Shown here one piece after another: positions 9,360 to 10,019 of a stretch of DNA of 10,019 nucleotides. The notes beneath the pieces are model-generated. The model was given only the letters and a program-made list of their open reading frames with translations. It had not been told where the DNA came from and ran no database searches. Origin of the DNA: Octopus sinensis (lineage: Eukaryota). Location: positions 1 to 10,019 of the forward strand of contig NW_021827653.1 in assembly GCF_006345805.1 (NCBI RefSeq). The letters are read 5' to 3'. The position numbers and the translations under genes were made by a program. Within the stretch, counting starts at the first letter, position 1. Every line of letters starts with the position of its first letter.

Positions 9360-9413
9360 TGTGAGGATGATGATGATTGTGAGGATGATGATGATTGTGA
9401 GGATGATGATGAC
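9360..9413 (+). repeat. 18-bp minisatellite x3 (TGTGAGGATGATGATGAT)
   Basis: Units 9360-9377, 9378-9395, 9396-9413 (last ends GAC), preceded by (GAT)6 at 9342-9359. Confidence 0.95.
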
Positions 9414-9554
9414 TTACAAATGAGAAAAGTTCATAAAATTATCAAGATTCTTGATAAAAGTTTTTTTCAATATTTACATCTGTACTATATTTCAATTAGT
9501 TTGGTCTCTGATCATCATTAGCTGTCAAATTCCAGGGTGTGTACATTGTTCCAG

Positions 9555-9620
9555 ACTGGATTTGAACTAGGAATCATAATTGTTAAATTAAGAGTAATAA
9601 TGCTCTAATTCTTAAGGCCG
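9555..9620 (-). mobile_element. Possible highly decayed tRNA-derived SINE head
   Basis: Minus strand has an A-box-like GGCCTTAAGAATTAGAGCA and a B-box GTTCAAATCC (9567-9558) at tRNA-like spacing; no recognisable body. Confidence 0.25.
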
Positions 9621-9746
9621 TTGACAGTCCAAATATAAGGTTAACAGTGTTGAAAAGTATAATCTTATTGAAAACAATCCACTTTAAATTATCCCTTTCT
9701 TAATAATGCCTAAAACAGTAACAATATTACGAATTTAATACAAATA

Positions 9747-10001
9747 CAACTACTACCACCACCACCGCCGCCGCCGCCAACAATAACAACAACGGTTTCA
9801 AATTTTGGCACAAGTCCAGTAATTTTAGGAGTGGGGCAGGTTGATTATATTGACCCCAGTGTTCAACTAGTATTTATTTTATCAAATCTGAGAGAATGAA
9901 AGGCAAAGTTGACCTTCAGCAGAATTTGAACTCAGAATGTAAAGATGAATGAAATGTTGCTAAGCATTTTGCCCAGTGTGCTACCAATCTGCCAGCGTGC
10001 C
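9747..10001 (-). mobile_element. Near full-length tRNA-derived SINE with trinucleotide tail
   Basis: A box TGGCAGATTGG (9994-9984) and B box GTTCAAATTC (9931-9922). Body GGTCAACTTTGCCTTTCATTCTCTCAGATTTGATAAAATAAATAC resembles the mollusc Meta/MESC-type SINE domain (from memory). 3' end CCAAAATTTGAAACC at 9794; tail 9793-9747. Confidence 0.82.
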
Positions 10002-10019
10002 AATAATAATAATAATAAT
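10002..10019. repeat. (AAT)n microsatellite, runs off window
   Basis: Direct reading. Confidence 0.95.

Noticed and set aside
9922-9994. tRNA gene
   Set aside because: A and B boxes are present but no cloverleaf, and it continues into a SINE body and tail.

Overview
AT-rich eukaryotic non-genic DNA. The SINE/LINE motifs resemble those I recall from octopus/cephalopod genomes (inference, no search run). About 4.3 kb is degenerate (TA)n microsatellite, which explains all the I/Y-rich ORFs as artefacts. Embedded in it are: (i) the 3' ~1.56 kb of a CR1-clade LINE with a disrupted reverse transcriptase; (ii) a 5'-truncated copy of a sister CR1 subfamily; (iii) a 5'-truncated RTE-clade LINE on the minus strand with a long structured 3' UTR; (iv) two SINE remnants; (v) several unclassified islands. 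The best hidden signal is a core-intact minimal type I hammerhead ribozyme at 8391-8453 (+), of the kind known from Penelope-like elements. Two weaker hammerhead-like motifs lie at 5399-5443 (+, permuted order) and 5768-5818 (-, decayed). No host protein-coding exon is supported.
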